This document shows positions 9,639 through 20,067 of a DNA stretch of 64,000 nt, one piece after another (position 1 is the stretch's first letter; each line of letters starts with the position of its first letter). The translations under genes and the position numbers were made by a program. This stretch comes from an uncultured Chloroflexia bacterium (GTDB lineage Bacteria; Chloroflexota; Anaerolineae; CG2-30-64-16): the NCBI GenBank assembly GCA_963774265.1, contig CAVZDU010000007.1, positions 224,001 through 288,000 of the forward strand, in the 5' to 3' direction. The notes under the pieces were generated by a model that saw only the letters and a list, made by a program, of their open reading frames with translations, was not told the origin of the DNA and made no database searches.

Positions 9639-11246
9639 CTATGGCTGCGGCGGCGGGCCACTGCCGGGCGGGATCGTCTCCCCATCGGATACGCGCCGCA
9701 GATCATAGCAGGGGACGAATGAGACGTCGCTCCAGCGGTACCCCTTAGCCTCGAAGGTGGGGATGTCCTTGACCCAGTGCTTCTCCCCGTTCTGCAGCAG
9801 ATAGATGTGGGGGCTTTCATAGCATTTGAGCAGGATGGGGTCCGCTCGTTCATAGACGATTTGCAGAATGCTCTCCGGCAGGCCGGCGACCTCGGCCGGT
9901 TCGCCCCGGAAGAGCCAGGGCACCGCCAGCAGGCCGGCCAGCGTCCAGGCGACATAGAGCACAGCGCCAGTTGCGAAGGTTCGGTGCATGGCCCCCAACC
10001 AACGCGGCCGGCCGGCGCGGGCCTGCCGGATCAACAGCGAGGCCAGGACGGCGATGTTGACCAGGTTCCAACCGATGAAGAGCAGGCGGTTGGGGGTCAG
10101 GCGACCGTTGGCGGTGCGGTAGATGATCGCGGCCAGTGCGTAGAGACTGACCAGCAGGCTGAGGGCAGCCAGGCTGATCACCCCGCGGCGTAGCCAGGTC
10201 TGGCCCTTCTCGTCCAACTCAGCCCCGGGCGCCGGGGTCGCGCCCACCAGCAGGGCGACGACGGCGAAGAGCATCGCGTTGAAGATCAGCAGCACATCGC
10301 GGTTCTCGAACGGCTCACGCCAGTTGAACGGGATGAAGGCCAGATAGATCAGCAGCACCGCCACCGTTAGCGGCAACACCAGGCGCATCAGCAGCGCCAC
10401 CAGCTTACTCAGTCCCTCGTCGAAGGACTGCTGCGCAGGCGCCAACCGGGGATCGTAGACCAGCGCGACGGCTACGATTGCGATTAGCCCTCCGCCGCCC
10501 GCCGCGAAGAGGCGCTGCACGACCATAGGCGGCTGAATGCCCAGCGCGCTGAACAGGCCGAAGGTGATCGCGGTGAACAGCCCGCCGGCGATTGCGAGCA
10601 ATCCAGCCACCACAAAAGCCTCCAACGACTTCACAAGGAAGGCAAAGCGGTTTTCGGGGTCGTCCCGCCGCGCCAGCGCGACGAGCCCGACCCCGGCCCA
10701 GGCCAGCAGCCCCAGGTGCAGCACCATCAAGGTCAGATACTGCTCCTGAAACAGCCGCGGCCAGATGCGGGGGAAGAACAGCAGCACATAGGCCGCAGCC
10801 ACGGCCAGGCCAAGTGCGACCGCGAGCACGCGCCCCAAGAGCCGCTTGCCGGCCAGCGTCAGAAAGAGCGCGATCAGCGCAGCGCTGACGGGCGCGGCGA
10901 GCAGGGCTACGACAGGCAAAAAGCTGTGGCTCTGGCCGGTCAGCGGGTTGATCAACTGGATGGTGAAGCGCTGGTCGTCGGACAGGAGCCAGAGGAGCAG
11001 GCCGTTGAGCACGCCGACGGACAGAGCCCAGCCCCAGGCGACGACGCGGCCCTTGACCCGGGCCGCTGCGGAGGCCAGGCGGTAGTGCCAGGCTGCCAGG
11101 AGTAAATTGTCGCCCGCTTGTGCGTAGCCAACCTCGACCGCCTCTGCGAAGGCGGCCTCGTCCCCGGCCTTGATGGCCTGGCGGTAGGCCAGCTCCAGTC
11201 CCTCAGGATTGTCAGCCAGGTTCTGGATGGTCTCGGGATACGGCAT
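9639..11246 (-). CDS. Polytopic membrane protein (DUF4153-like) with a small C-terminal soluble domain
   Basis: About 12 TM helices; NRDVLLIFNAML, YRTANGRLTPNR; C-terminal HIYLLQNGEKHWV...GYRWSDV domain. Confidence 0.7.
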   Translation of the reverse strand: MPYPETIQNLADNPEGLELAYRQAIKAGDEAAFAEAVEVGYAQAGDNLLLAAWHYRLASAAARVKGRVVAWGWALSVGVLNGLLLWLLSDDQRFTIQLINPLTGQSHSFLPVVALLAAPVSAALIALFLTLAGKRLLGRVLAVALGLAVAAAYVLLFFPRIWPRLFQEQYLTLMVLHLGLLAWAGVGLVALARRDDPENRFAFLVKSLEAFVVAGLLAIAGGLFTAITFGLFSALGIQPPMVVQRLFAAGGGGLIAIVAVALVYDPRLAPAQQSFDEGLSKLVALLMRLVLPLTVAVLLIYLAFIPFNWREPFENRDVLLIFNAMLFAVVALLVGATPAPGAELDEKGQTWLRRGVISLAALSLLVSLYALAAIIYRTANGRLTPNRLLFIGWNLVNIAVLASLLIRQARAGRPRWLGAMHRTFATGAVLYVAWTLAGLLAVPWLFRGEPAEVAGLPESILQIVYERADPILLKCYESPHIYLLQNGEKHWVKDIPTFEAKGYRWSDVSFVPCYDLRRVSDGETIPPGSGPPPQP

Positions 11247-11384
11247 GATGACTCTCCGCGCGCAAATCGTTGTATGAGATTATGGGCAGCCGCCCGGCAA
11301 GGAAGCGGCCCGCATCTCCATCGTTCCGCACCTTAGTCTATCACAGTTCACCCTGGCGGCGACATCCGCTCCCCGTCAGGCTTA

Positions 11385-11837
11385 TCACGCCCGGATGAAG
11401 CCCAGGCCGATCTTTCCCATCGTGAAGAGGACCACGGCCGCGATCAGCGTGGCGACGAGCTTATCATCCAATGCCAGCCACAACGCGACGACGCCGAACA
11501 CGACGAAGCCGAACATACCCACGATGACCAGCAGCGGGGGCAGGGCCGCGCGCCACTGGCCATCCCGGATCAACTGCTTGACCTCGGCATAGGACATCTC
11601 GACTTCGCGGGTCACCGCGACACCTGTCCCGACGAAGACCGCTTTCTCCTTCTCGGCCAGCGTGACGCCGTCATCATCCTCTTCTTCGTAGTTCTCGCCC
11701 ATGCCGCCCATGATCTCGGCGCCGACGTCACGGCCGCTGCGGCGGGTCGTCTGCCCGCGCGACGTCATCAGCAAGACGAAACCGACGATCAGGAGGAGGA
11801 GACCGACAATTGCGAGGGCGAGGAAAAACGTACCCAT
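11385..11837 (-). CDS. Hypothetical membrane protein
   Basis: GGAGGTG RBS; N-terminal TM, acidic loop, two C-terminal TMs. Confidence 0.7.
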   Translation of the reverse strand: MGTFFLALAIVGLLLLIVGFVLLMTSRGQTTRRSGRDVGAEIMGGMGENYEEEDDDGVTLAEKEKAVFVGTGVAVTREVEMSYAEVKQLIRDGQWRAALPPLLVIVGMFGFVVFGVVALWLALDDKLVATLIAAVVLFTMGKIGLGFIRA

Positions 11838-11905
11838 GACGCACCTCCATTTTGGGCGGACCAAGTTGACAGAGTCCCCAGCGCTGGACCGGAGGCGCAG
11901 CGGAG

Positions 11906-12076
11906 TTAGGCATCCCTGGGCTGCACCAGGTCCCACTTGTTGCCGTACAGGTCGAAGAACACGACCACCAGGCCGTATCGCTCCGTACGTGACGCCTCCG
12001 CGAACCGCACGCCGTGCGCACGCATGTAGTCGTAGTCGCGGACGACCAGTGTTATCAGAGCAATTGAACGGGCCAC
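11906..12076 (-). pseudogene. 56-aa VOC/glyoxalase-family gene with an internal in-frame deletion (below the ORF-track cutoff)
   Basis: GAGGT RBS and GTG start; translates MARSIALITLVVRDYDYMRAHGVRFAEASRTERYGLVVVFFDLYGNKWDLVQPRDA*. Confidence 0.7.
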
Positions 12077-12090
12077 GGCCACCTCAAAGG

Positions 12091-12210
12091 CTAGGGCACG
12101 GCGAGGTCAAACTGGAACTTGCCCGTGAGATTCGAAGCGACGCCGAGCCCACTCTCCTTCGCGCGGACGACGTAATACCACGCGCTTCCGGGCTCCGCGT
12201 ATGGTATCAT
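12091..12210 (-). pseudogene. Remnant C-terminus of a secreted protein
   Basis: WYYVVRAKESGLGVASNLTGKFQFDLAVP* resembles the C-terminus of the gene at 24927. Confidence 0.4.
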
Positions 12211-12254
12211 AGAGCTCGCAACACGCAAGTCCACCGGCAGGAAGGGAAGATAAT

Positions 12255-13121
12255 ATGCCGGAACATTGGTCCTTCGATGCCGTTTTCTATCACAAGTACC
12301 CACAGGAGCTGGCGCGGTTCACCCGCAGCCTGCGTCCCGATCTCTGGCTGCTGGGTGAGGTGATCCACGTCGATTATCGCCACTGGGCCAACCAGGAGAC
12401 CCTGGATTCCGTGACCAATTACGAGGGCTACAAGGGCCTCGTTTCCAGCCCGGTTAGCAAAAACGACTTCGAGATCGCGCACACGCTCAACCGGCAGTTC
12501 GGTGAGAGCGGCCTGTATCGTGGGCTGCCGCTCTACAACTTCGTCGACAATCATGATGTCGACCGGGTGTCCAGTATCTTGAAGGATCCGAAGCACCTTT
12601 ACCCGCTGTATGCTCTGCTCTTCACCATGCCGGGCATCCCGTCAGTGTATTACGGCAGTGAGTGGGGACTGGAGGGGAAGCGCACCCTGCAGAGTGACGG
12701 GGCGCTCAGGCCGCAACTGGACCTGGCTCGGCTCCGGCAAACGGCGCCACACGCAAACCTGCCGCGGGCCATTCGGAAGCTGATCCAGATTCGCAAGGCG
12801 TCGCCCGCGTTGCGCCACGGCGACTACCGGCAACTGCACGTGAGTCACGAACAACTGGCTTTTGCGCGGCAGTTTGCAGGGGAGACCGTCATCGTCCTGC
12901 TCAACGCTTCCAGCAATTCAGTGAGATTGGAGCTGCCTGTGGACCTTGCGGATGGGTCTCAGTTGGTCGATCTGTTCAACGGGGGGCAGCGCTATGAGGT
13001 CAGTAAGGGTCGCCTGCGCGTGGACGCGCTGAATCCCTATTGGGCGCATGTGCTCAGCACGACCGCGCCCTCTCTCCCCCGATCGGGGGAGACGTCGATG
13101 GCGTTAAGACAGGAGTTCTGA
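12255..13121 (+). pseudogene. GH13 alpha-amylase/cyclomaltodextrinase-like gene with a large internal in-frame deletion
   Basis: N-terminal WSFDAVFYHKYP is joined directly to LWLLGEVIH; FVDNHD, PGIPSVYYGSEWG and the C-terminal beta domain are retained; the D..FNH and G.RLD regions are absent. Confidence 0.75.
13073..13092. repeat. Perfect 20-bp palindrome (REP-like)
   Basis: TCTCCCCCGATCGGGGGAGA. Confidence 0.6.
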
Positions 13122-13122
13122 G

Positions 13123-16021
13123 ATGAGACGAATTCTTCCGATCCTCCTCGTGGTTTTGGTCGTGGCCACGGCGTGTATGCCCCTCCCACCCGAACTCCCG
13201 GTGGCGACATCGCCCGCACCTCCCGCGACAACGTTGTCCACGGCGCCCGTCGATTTGATGGAGCGCTTGCCGCTGGATTCTGCCATTCGAACCGGCAAGC
13301 TCGATAACGGCCTCACCTACTACATCCGCCAGAATGCCGAGCCGGCGAAGCGAGCGGAATTATGGCTCGCGGTGAACGCCGGCTCCGTGATGGAAGATGA
13401 CGACCAGAAGGGCCTGGCGCACTTCCTCGAACACATGCTGTTCAAGGGCACCGCAACGCTTCCCGAGCCAGGCGCTGTTGGATTTCCTCCAGAGCATCGG
13501 CATGAAGTTCGGGCCGGACATCAACGCCTACACATCCTTCGACGAGACGGTCTACACTCTGCAAATCCCGACCGACAAAGAAGCCGACGTCTCGAAGGCG
13601 TTTGATGTGTTGCAGGATTGGGCCGGCGCCGCGACCCTCTCGCCGCAAGATTTCGACAAGGAACGCGGCGTCATCGTCGAAGAATGGCGTTTGCGCGACA
13701 AGACTGCGGCCGGTCGCATGCAGGACAAGATCGTGCCGATGTTGTTGGGCGACTCGCAGTACGCGAAGCGTCTGCCCATCGGCGACATGGAGATCGTACG
13801 CAATGCGCCGGTCGATGCGCTGCGCGAGTTTCTACCAGAAGTGGTATCGCCCTGACCTGATGGCGGTGATCGCCGTCGGCGATTTCGACGTCGACAAGGT
13901 CGAGACGCTGATTCGAGAGCGCTTCTCGAAGCTGCCGAAGGCTGACGCCGAATGCCGCGGCCCGGCCGATCGTTCGACGTGCCGGCCCGCGCCGGCACGA
14001 GTGCGCTCGTCGTCAAAGACCCGGAGAACCCCTATACCGTCGGTGTCGGTCTACCAGTCACGGCCCGCGCGCACGTTGGAGACCGTGGGGGACTATCGCG
14101 ATCTGCTGCTCGACTACCTGGTCAGCATCATGCTCAACCAGCGCTACGCCGAGGTGGCTCAGCAGGCCGACGCGCCATTCCTGCAGGCCGAGCGCCGGCA
14201 ACGACAGCCTGGTGCGCCCGACCGATATCTACGGCCTGTCCGCGGTGGTGCAAGAGGAAAAGGCGTTGGCCGGGCTGGACGCGCTCATGACGGAGTTCGA
14301 GCGTGCCCGGCGACACGGCTTCACCGCGAGCGAGCTCGAGCGGGCCAAGCAGGACATCCTGCGCTTCTACGAGAGCGCCTACAAGGAACACAAGACCAGC
14401 GACAGCAGCGGCTATGCCAACGAGTATGTGGATCTCTTCCTGAAGAAGATCGCCTCGCCGGGGATCGAGCTACGAGTATCCGCTCGTGCAGCGCCTGCTG
14501 CCCGGCATCACGCTCGATGACGCCAACCAGCGGATCGCCAACCTCGTCACTGCCGAACAACCGCGCCATCATCGTCCAGGCGCCCGATAAGGCCGATCTG
14601 AAGCTGCCGGGCGAGGCGGAGCTGACCGCAGTAGTGGATGCCGTCGAGGCGAAGAAGCTCGAGCCGTACACCGACCGGGTCGCGCAAACCAAGCTGATGG
14701 ACCAGAAGCCGGCGCCGGCGGCGATCGTCTACCGAGAAGACGCTCCCCGACCTCGGCGTCACGGAGATCACGCTCGCCAACGGCGTGCGCGTCATCATGA
14801 AACCGACGACTTTCAAGAAGGATGAGGTCGTCTTCTCGGCCACCAGCCCCGGCGGCAATTCGCTGGTCACTGACGCGGATTACCCGGAAGCGGCCATCGC
14901 AGCCTCCTGGATCAACAACAGCGGCGTGGGCGATCTGACCGAAACGGAGCTGACCAAGCTGCTGTCCGGCAAACTCGTCAGCGTGTCCCCCGTGATCGGC
15001 GAGCTGAAGGAGGGCTTCCGCGGGAGCGCGTCGCCGGATGACCTGGAAACCGCGCTCCAGCTCGTGTACCTGTATGCCACGCGCCCGCGCAGCGACGACA
15101 ACAGCTTCCAGGTGCTGCGCGATCAACTCGAGACGAGCCTGAAGAACCGTTCGTTGACGCCGGAAAGCGGCTTTGAGGATGCCCTGAACGAGATCCTGTG
15201 CGGCAAGAGCGTGCGCTGCGGACCGCTGCCGCTCGATCAGGTGGACGCGCTCGACCAGAAGCGAACGTTCGATATCTACCGCGACCGCTTTGCCGATTTC
15301 AGCGACTTCACGTTCACGTTTGTCGGCAACTTCGATGTCGACACCCTGAAGACGCTTGCCCAAACCTATCTCGGCAACCTGCCGTCAACCGGCCGCAAGG
15401 AGACCTGGCGCAATGTCCGCGTGGAGCTGCCGACGACCGTCGTCGAGAAGACGGTCCACAAGGGACTGGATGAGCGCGCCCGCACCCGGATCGTCTTCAC
15501 CGGGCCGATCAGCCCGACGCTGGAAAACGAGGTGGTGCTGGATGTGCTCGAAAACGTGCTGGATATTCGCGTGATCGACGAGCTGCGCCAGACGCTCGGC
15601 GGCACCTACTCGCCGCAGGCCGCCACGCGCTGGGAGATGCTGCCGAAACCGACCTACGACGCCATCATCGACTTCGTGTCCGATCCGAAGCGTGTGGATG
15701 AGCTCACGCAGGCGGTGTTCAGCCTGCTCGAGGACCTCCGGACGAACGGCCCATCGGAAACCGATGTGAACAAGGCCAAAGAACAGGCGCGCCTCGCGCA
15801 CCAGAAGGCGATGGAGGAGAACTCCTTCTGGCTGGCGCAACTTCAGGATCACCTGACGACACCGGGCGACGACGGCAGCGATATCCTGCGGTATGAGAAG
15901 GCGCTGGCTGCGGTGACCGCTCGAAGACATTCAGCAGGCCGCGCAGACATACCTGCCGCGCGACCGCTACGTCAAAGTCGTGCTGTACCCTGAGAAGTTC
16001 GAGGAGAAGAGCAGCAAATAG
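13123..16021 (+). CDS. M16 family zinc peptidase (PqqL/insulinase-like) lipoprotein, several frameshifts
   Basis: Lipobox VATAC; GKLDNGLTYY; GLAHFLEH; NAYTSFDETVY; ERGVIVEEWR; second half LANGVRV...LGGTYS; ends VVLYPEKFEEKSSK*. Confidence 0.9.
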
Positions 16022-16041
16022 CCTCCGCCGGAGTGCAAAGA

Positions 16042-16245
16042 TTAGAGAGTATCAGGGGAACGAGAAGACGGAAGAGCGGCCAGTGTTTCGATGATCAGGT
16101 CGGCCGCTGCTGCCAGAGGCAGTTCGCCTGTATTGACGATTAAGTCGTAGAGGGCGGGATCGGCAATATCGGCGTGGTAATAGCGCCTGATGAAATCGAC
16201 CGAGCCGCGATCACTCTCGAGCACCTGCCGCGCGAGCAGCTTCAA
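16042..16245 (-). pseudogene. C-terminal remnant of a cytidylate kinase-like family protein
   Basis: ESDRGSVDFIRRYYHADIADPALYDLIVNTG; no N-terminal part or credible start. Confidence 0.6.
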
Positions 16246-16375
16246 CGGTTATCCCGGCTCGAACCTGGTGGCGTCGCTGGCGGTCCGGATTCGACGCCAC
16301 CAGCCCGACGCCCAACATCATCGCTGGAAGCATCAGCGACGATGCGCAGCACGGCGCCCTGGCGAAATTGGGGTA

Positions 16376-16405
16376 TTGACAAGCCCCGCCGCACCGTGGT
16401 ATAGT
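16376..16405 (+). promoter_or_regulatory. Sigma70-type promoter of the LacI gene
   Basis: TTGACA (16376-16381), 18-nt spacer, TGgTATAGT. Confidence 0.75.
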
Positions 16406-16411
16406 TCTAGT

Positions 16412-16425
16412 TGTAAGCGCTTACA
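16412..16425. promoter_or_regulatory. LacI-family operator 1
   Basis: Perfect palindrome TGTAAGCGCTTACA with central CG, near the predicted transcription start. Confidence 0.85.
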
Positions 16426-16441
16426 CGAAGAAGGTGCTGCG

Positions 16442-17488
16442 GTGCGACGGAATCCGAATCGCCAGGACAGGAACATCACGATCCACGATGTCGCTGCGGC
16501 GGCCAGCACCTCCTACGGCACCGTCTCCCGCGTCATTAACGATGCCCCACATGTCAAAGATGAGACTCGCCAACGGGTGCGCGCGGCCATGGATCGGCTG
16601 GGATACGTCGTCGATCGCAGGGCCCGCAGCCTGGCCGGCGGCCGCTCGCAGGTGCTGGCCGTCCTGGCGCCCGATCTGGGGACAGGCTACATCGGGGAGA
16701 TCATCCGGGGCATCGACGCGGAGGTGGAGCTGGCGCAGTACGAGCTGCTGCTTTACACCACGCATCGCCAGGCCACGAAGGAGTCCTCCCGCGTCGCCAG
16801 CATCGCCTGCGGGATGGCAGACGGGTTGGTGCTGGTCCTCCCGAGCGACCTGCGCGCCATGGTCAACACCCTCCGGCAAATCAAGTTCCCGTTCGTCCTG
16901 GTGGACTACCAGGGTGACGACGACAATGTGCCGGCCGTGTGCGCCACGAACTGGCAGGGCGCCTACAACGCGAGCGAATATCTGATCGCACTCGGACATC
17001 GCCGCATCGGCTTTATCACCGGCGACATGGAAATGGCCGCGGCACGCAACCGCCTGGCGGGTTTTCAAGCCGCGCTGCGCACTCATCACGTGCCCCAGGC
17101 GCCTGAGTTGATTCGCACCGGCCAGTTTCACTATTCGGAGGGGTACGCTGCGGCGCAGGCGCTGCTTGCCCTGGCTGTGCCCCCCACCGCGATCTTTGCC
17201 TCCAACGACGACATGGCCTTTGGCGCCATGGAAGCTCTGCGCGAGCAGGGGGTGCGCGTCCCCGACGACATGTCGGTGGTCGGGTTTGACGGTATTCCGC
17301 AGGCCGCACTCATGCATCCCCCGCTGACCACAGTATCGCAACCCCTCGCCAAGATGGGGCGCGTCGCAACACAGATGCTGCTCGACCAGCTGAGCGATCC
17401 CGAAAAACCGATCCGGCGCATCGAACTGCCCACTGAACTGATCATTCGCGGGTCGTGCCGGCCGCCAGGTTCATCTCGCGACTCGTAG
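16442..17488 (+). CDS. LacI family transcriptional regulator
   Basis: TIHDVAAAASTSYGTVSRVIN HTH; ARSL hinge; GHRRIGFI; PTAIFASND; VVGFD; PPLTTV. Confidence 0.95.
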   Translation: MRRNPNRQDRNITIHDVAAAASTSYGTVSRVINDAPHVKDETRQRVRAAMDRLGYVVDRRARSLAGGRSQVLAVLAPDLGTGYIGEIIRGIDAEVELAQYELLLYTTHRQATKESSRVASIACGMADGLVLVLPSDLRAMVNTLRQIKFPFVLVDYQGDDDNVPAVCATNWQGAYNASEYLIALGHRRIGFITGDMEMAAARNRLAGFQAALRTHHVPQAPELIRTGQFHYSEGYAAAQALLALAVPPTAIFASNDDMAFGAMEALREQGVRVPDDMSVVGFDGIPQAALMHPPLTTVSQPLAKMGRVATQMLLDQLSDPEKPIRRIELPTELIIRGSCRPPGSSRDS

Positions 17489-17551
17489 CACGGCGCTTTA
17501 TCCAGGGCCCTGTGCAGGCAGGACAGGATTAAGGAGGTCTCTATTCGATTC

Positions 17552-17565
17552 TGTAAACGTTTACA
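17552..17565. promoter_or_regulatory. LacI-family operator 2
   Basis: Perfect palindrome TGTAAACGTTTACA upstream of the sugar-binding protein gene. Confidence 0.85.
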
Positions 17566-17624
17566 AACATCAGTTATCCAAAGGCATCCGCTAGTCTGAA
17601 CAGCTCTTGATAGGAGGAGCAACT

Positions 17625-19016
17625 GTGAACAAGAAGATTCTCGTCCTGATCAGCCTGGTTCTGATCGTCACCTTCCTGGGCGCTTGCGCGCCCGCCGCGG
17701 CGCCGGCGCCCACCGCTGCACCGGCCGCGGCTCCTGCTGCAGCTGAGCCAACCAAGGCGCCGGCTGCACCTGAACCAACGAAGGCTCCTGAGCCAACGGC
17801 CGCACCCGCTGCCGCCGAGAAGGTCAAGATCGTCTGGTGGCACATTACAACTGCGGACAATCAGAAGGCGGTCTGGCAAAAGCTGGCCGATGAATACATG
17901 GCCGCCCACCCGAACGTGACCATCGAAATCACGGTGCTGGAGAACGAAGCCTTCAAGACGAAGATGACGACCGTCATGCAATCCGGTGAACCCCCCGACA
18001 TCTTCCAGAGCTGGGGCGGCGGCACGATGAACGCTTACGCTCAGGCCGGTTTGCTGAAGGACATCACCGCGGATCTCGATGCGGATGGCGGCGCATGGCG
18101 CAATACCTTCTCCCCTGGCGCGCTCGGTGTGTACGCGTACCAGGGCAAGAACTACGGCGTGCCGTGGGATATGGGCATGGTCGGTTTCTGGTACAACAAG
18201 GCCTTGTTCAGCAAGGCCGGCATCGCCAATCCCCCGGCCACCTGGTCGGAACTGCTCGACGACGTGAAGAAACTCCAGGCCGCCGGCATCACCCCCATCG
18301 CTCTCGGCGAGGGGGATAAGTGGCCGGGCGCATTCTGGTGGGAGTACCTGAACGTCCGCATAGGCGGCCAGGCGGCCTTCGATGCCGCCCAAAGCCGCAA
18401 GGGCGCATTCGCCGATCAGCCGTTCGTGGAAGCTGGCAAGAAACTCCAGGAACTGATCGCCCTCAAAGCCTTCCAGGACGGCTTCCTGGGCGCAACCTGG
18501 GGCGATGAGGCGACGGCGATGGGCAATGGCAAGGCGGCCATGGACCTGATGGGTCAATGGGCTCCCGGCGCGTTCAACGACAACAGCCCCGACAAGAAGG
18601 GCATCGGCGACAACCTGGCCTGGTTCCCCTTCCCGGCTGTGGAGGGTGGCGCCGGCGCGGCGACCGACGCGCTCGGCGGCGGCAATGGCTTCGCCCTGGG
18701 CAAGAACGCCCCGGCGGAAGCCGTTGACTTCGCCAAGTACCTGACCCGCGCGGAATCTCAGGTCCAGTGTGCCAAGGAAGATTTCTGCGTCCCGGTTGTC
18801 AAGGGCGGCGAGGCCGGCCTGACCGACCCTTTGCTCAAGATGGTGCAGCAGGGCGCGGCCGCTGCGAAGTACTTCCAACTGTACTACGATCAGTACCTGC
18901 CTCCGGCGATGGGGTCTGTCGTCAACGACAGCGTTCAGGGCATTTTCGCCGGAACGTTGTCGCCTGAGCAGGCCGCCCAGGCGCTCGAAGACTCGGCCAA
19001 GAAGGAATTGAAGTAG
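17625..19016 (+). CDS. Carbohydrate ABC transporter substrate-binding lipoprotein (likely xylo-oligosaccharides)
   Basis: AGGAGG RBS; lipobox LGAC; PAAAP/EPTKAP linker; PPDIFQSWGG, WYNKALF, AAMDLMGQW. Confidence 0.92.
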   Translation: MNKKILVLISLVLIVTFLGACAPAAAPAPTAAPAAAPAAAEPTKAPAAPEPTKAPEPTAAPAAAEKVKIVWWHITTADNQKAVWQKLADEYMAAHPNVTIEITVLENEAFKTKMTTVMQSGEPPDIFQSWGGGTMNAYAQAGLLKDITADLDADGGAWRNTFSPGALGVYAYQGKNYGVPWDMGMVGFWYNKALFSKAGIANPPATWSELLDDVKKLQAAGITPIALGEGDKWPGAFWWEYLNVRIGGQAAFDAAQSRKGAFADQPFVEAGKKLQELIALKAFQDGFLGATWGDEATAMGNGKAAMDLMGQWAPGAFNDNSPDKKGIGDNLAWFPFPAVEGGAGAATDALGGGNGFALGKNAPAEAVDFAKYLTRAESQVQCAKEDFCVPVVKGGEAGLTDPLLKMVQQGAAAAKYFQLYYDQYLPPAMGSVVNDSVQGIFAGTLSPEQAAQALEDSAKKELK

Positions 19017-19031
19017 TACGCACAGGTGGAT

Positions 19032-19061
19032 GCGGGGATTGGGCTATTATCCGATCCCCGC
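19032..19061 (+). terminator. Intergenic stem-loop after the SBP gene (mRNA stabiliser or attenuator)
   Basis: GCGGGGATTGG...CCGATCCCCGC with no U-tract. Confidence 0.5.
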
Positions 19062-19097
19062 CCGCCTGGCCGGTGATCTCCGACCCAGTCGAGAGGA

Positions 19098-20054
19098 ATG
19101 GTCTTATGCAAACCGACTTTGGCCGGGCGCCGTGCCCCCGACGCCCAACGGCAGACTCGCTTCCAGCGCCGCACCCTCGACAACCTGACCGTCGCTTTGT
19201 TCCTGGCGCCCGCCCTCGTGGTCTTCCTCGCTTTCGTGATTTATCCAATCCTGCGTTCTGTCTACTTTAGTATGTTCAACTGGAAGGGTTTTGGCCCTGC
19301 GGTTGACTTTGTTGGACTGCAGAATTACGCAGACATCTTCAAGGACCAGGTATTCATGAAGGCGGTGGGAAACGGTCTGATCATCGTGCTGTTGTCCCTC
19401 GTCGTTCAGTTGCCGTTGGCTCTGGCGTTGGCGCTCATGGTGGGCCGCGATTTGCCTGGCCGCGCATTCTTCCGCACGATCTTTTTCCTGCCCTATGTGG
19501 TTTCCGAGGTCATCACGGCCATCATGTGGTTGGGCCTCTTTAATCCTGATCCTGACCGAGGCCTGTTCAATGCGATTTTGGTCCTTATCCCGGGTGTGAA
19601 GGCTGTCTCCTGGTTAGGCAATACCAGCATCGTCATGGCCGCGCTTTTTGTCGTGATGACCTGGAAGTACTTTGGTCTGCACATGCTGCTGTACATGGCC
19701 GGTCTGCAAAACATTCCGTCGGAAGTTGAGGAGGCCGCCCGCATCGACGGCGCGAATGGCCGCCAATTGCTGACCAACATCACTATGCCCTTGCTGGGGG
19801 GGACGATTCGCACCACCATCTATCTATCGGTCGTCGGATCGCTGCAGCAATTCATCCTGGTCTGGATCATGACCAAGGGCGGACCGGTCAATGCCAGTGA
19901 AATGATGGCGACCTATATGTACCGTTTTGCCTTTGTGCGGTTCTGGTTGGGGTACGGCTGTGCCGTAGCACTCGTGATGTTCCTGATTTGTTTGGTCTTC
20001 TCGCTGATTTACCAGCGCCTGGCGCGCCAGCCGGATTACCTGGGTGGCATGTAG
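19098..20054 (+). CDS. Carbohydrate ABC transporter permease
   Basis: FLAPAL, FVGLQNY, EEAARIDGA EAA loop, MTKGGP. Confidence 0.95.
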   Translation: MVLCKPTLAGRRAPDAQRQTRFQRRTLDNLTVALFLAPALVVFLAFVIYPILRSVYFSMFNWKGFGPAVDFVGLQNYADIFKDQVFMKAVGNGLIIVLLSLVVQLPLALALALMVGRDLPGRAFFRTIFFLPYVVSEVITAIMWLGLFNPDPDRGLFNAILVLIPGVKAVSWLGNTSIVMAALFVVMTWKYFGLHMLLYMAGLQNIPSEVEEAARIDGANGRQLLTNITMPLLGGTIRTTIYLSVVGSLQQFILVWIMTKGGPVNASEMMATYMYRFAFVRFWLGYGCAVALVMFLICLVFSLIYQRLARQPDYLGGM

Positions 20055-20067
20055 AAAGGGCTGATCT

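Noticed and set aside
16190-16441. N-terminal extension of LacI in the ORF track
   Set aside because: The region contains the promoter and operator; GTG 16442 just before the HTH is the plausible start
17574-18878. Long antisense and alternate-frame ORFs (e.g. 17574-18878, 46583-47794, 27406-28704, 5360-6508)
   Set aside because: They are shadows of high-GC coding strands, with no motifs or RBS, and fully overlap confident genes
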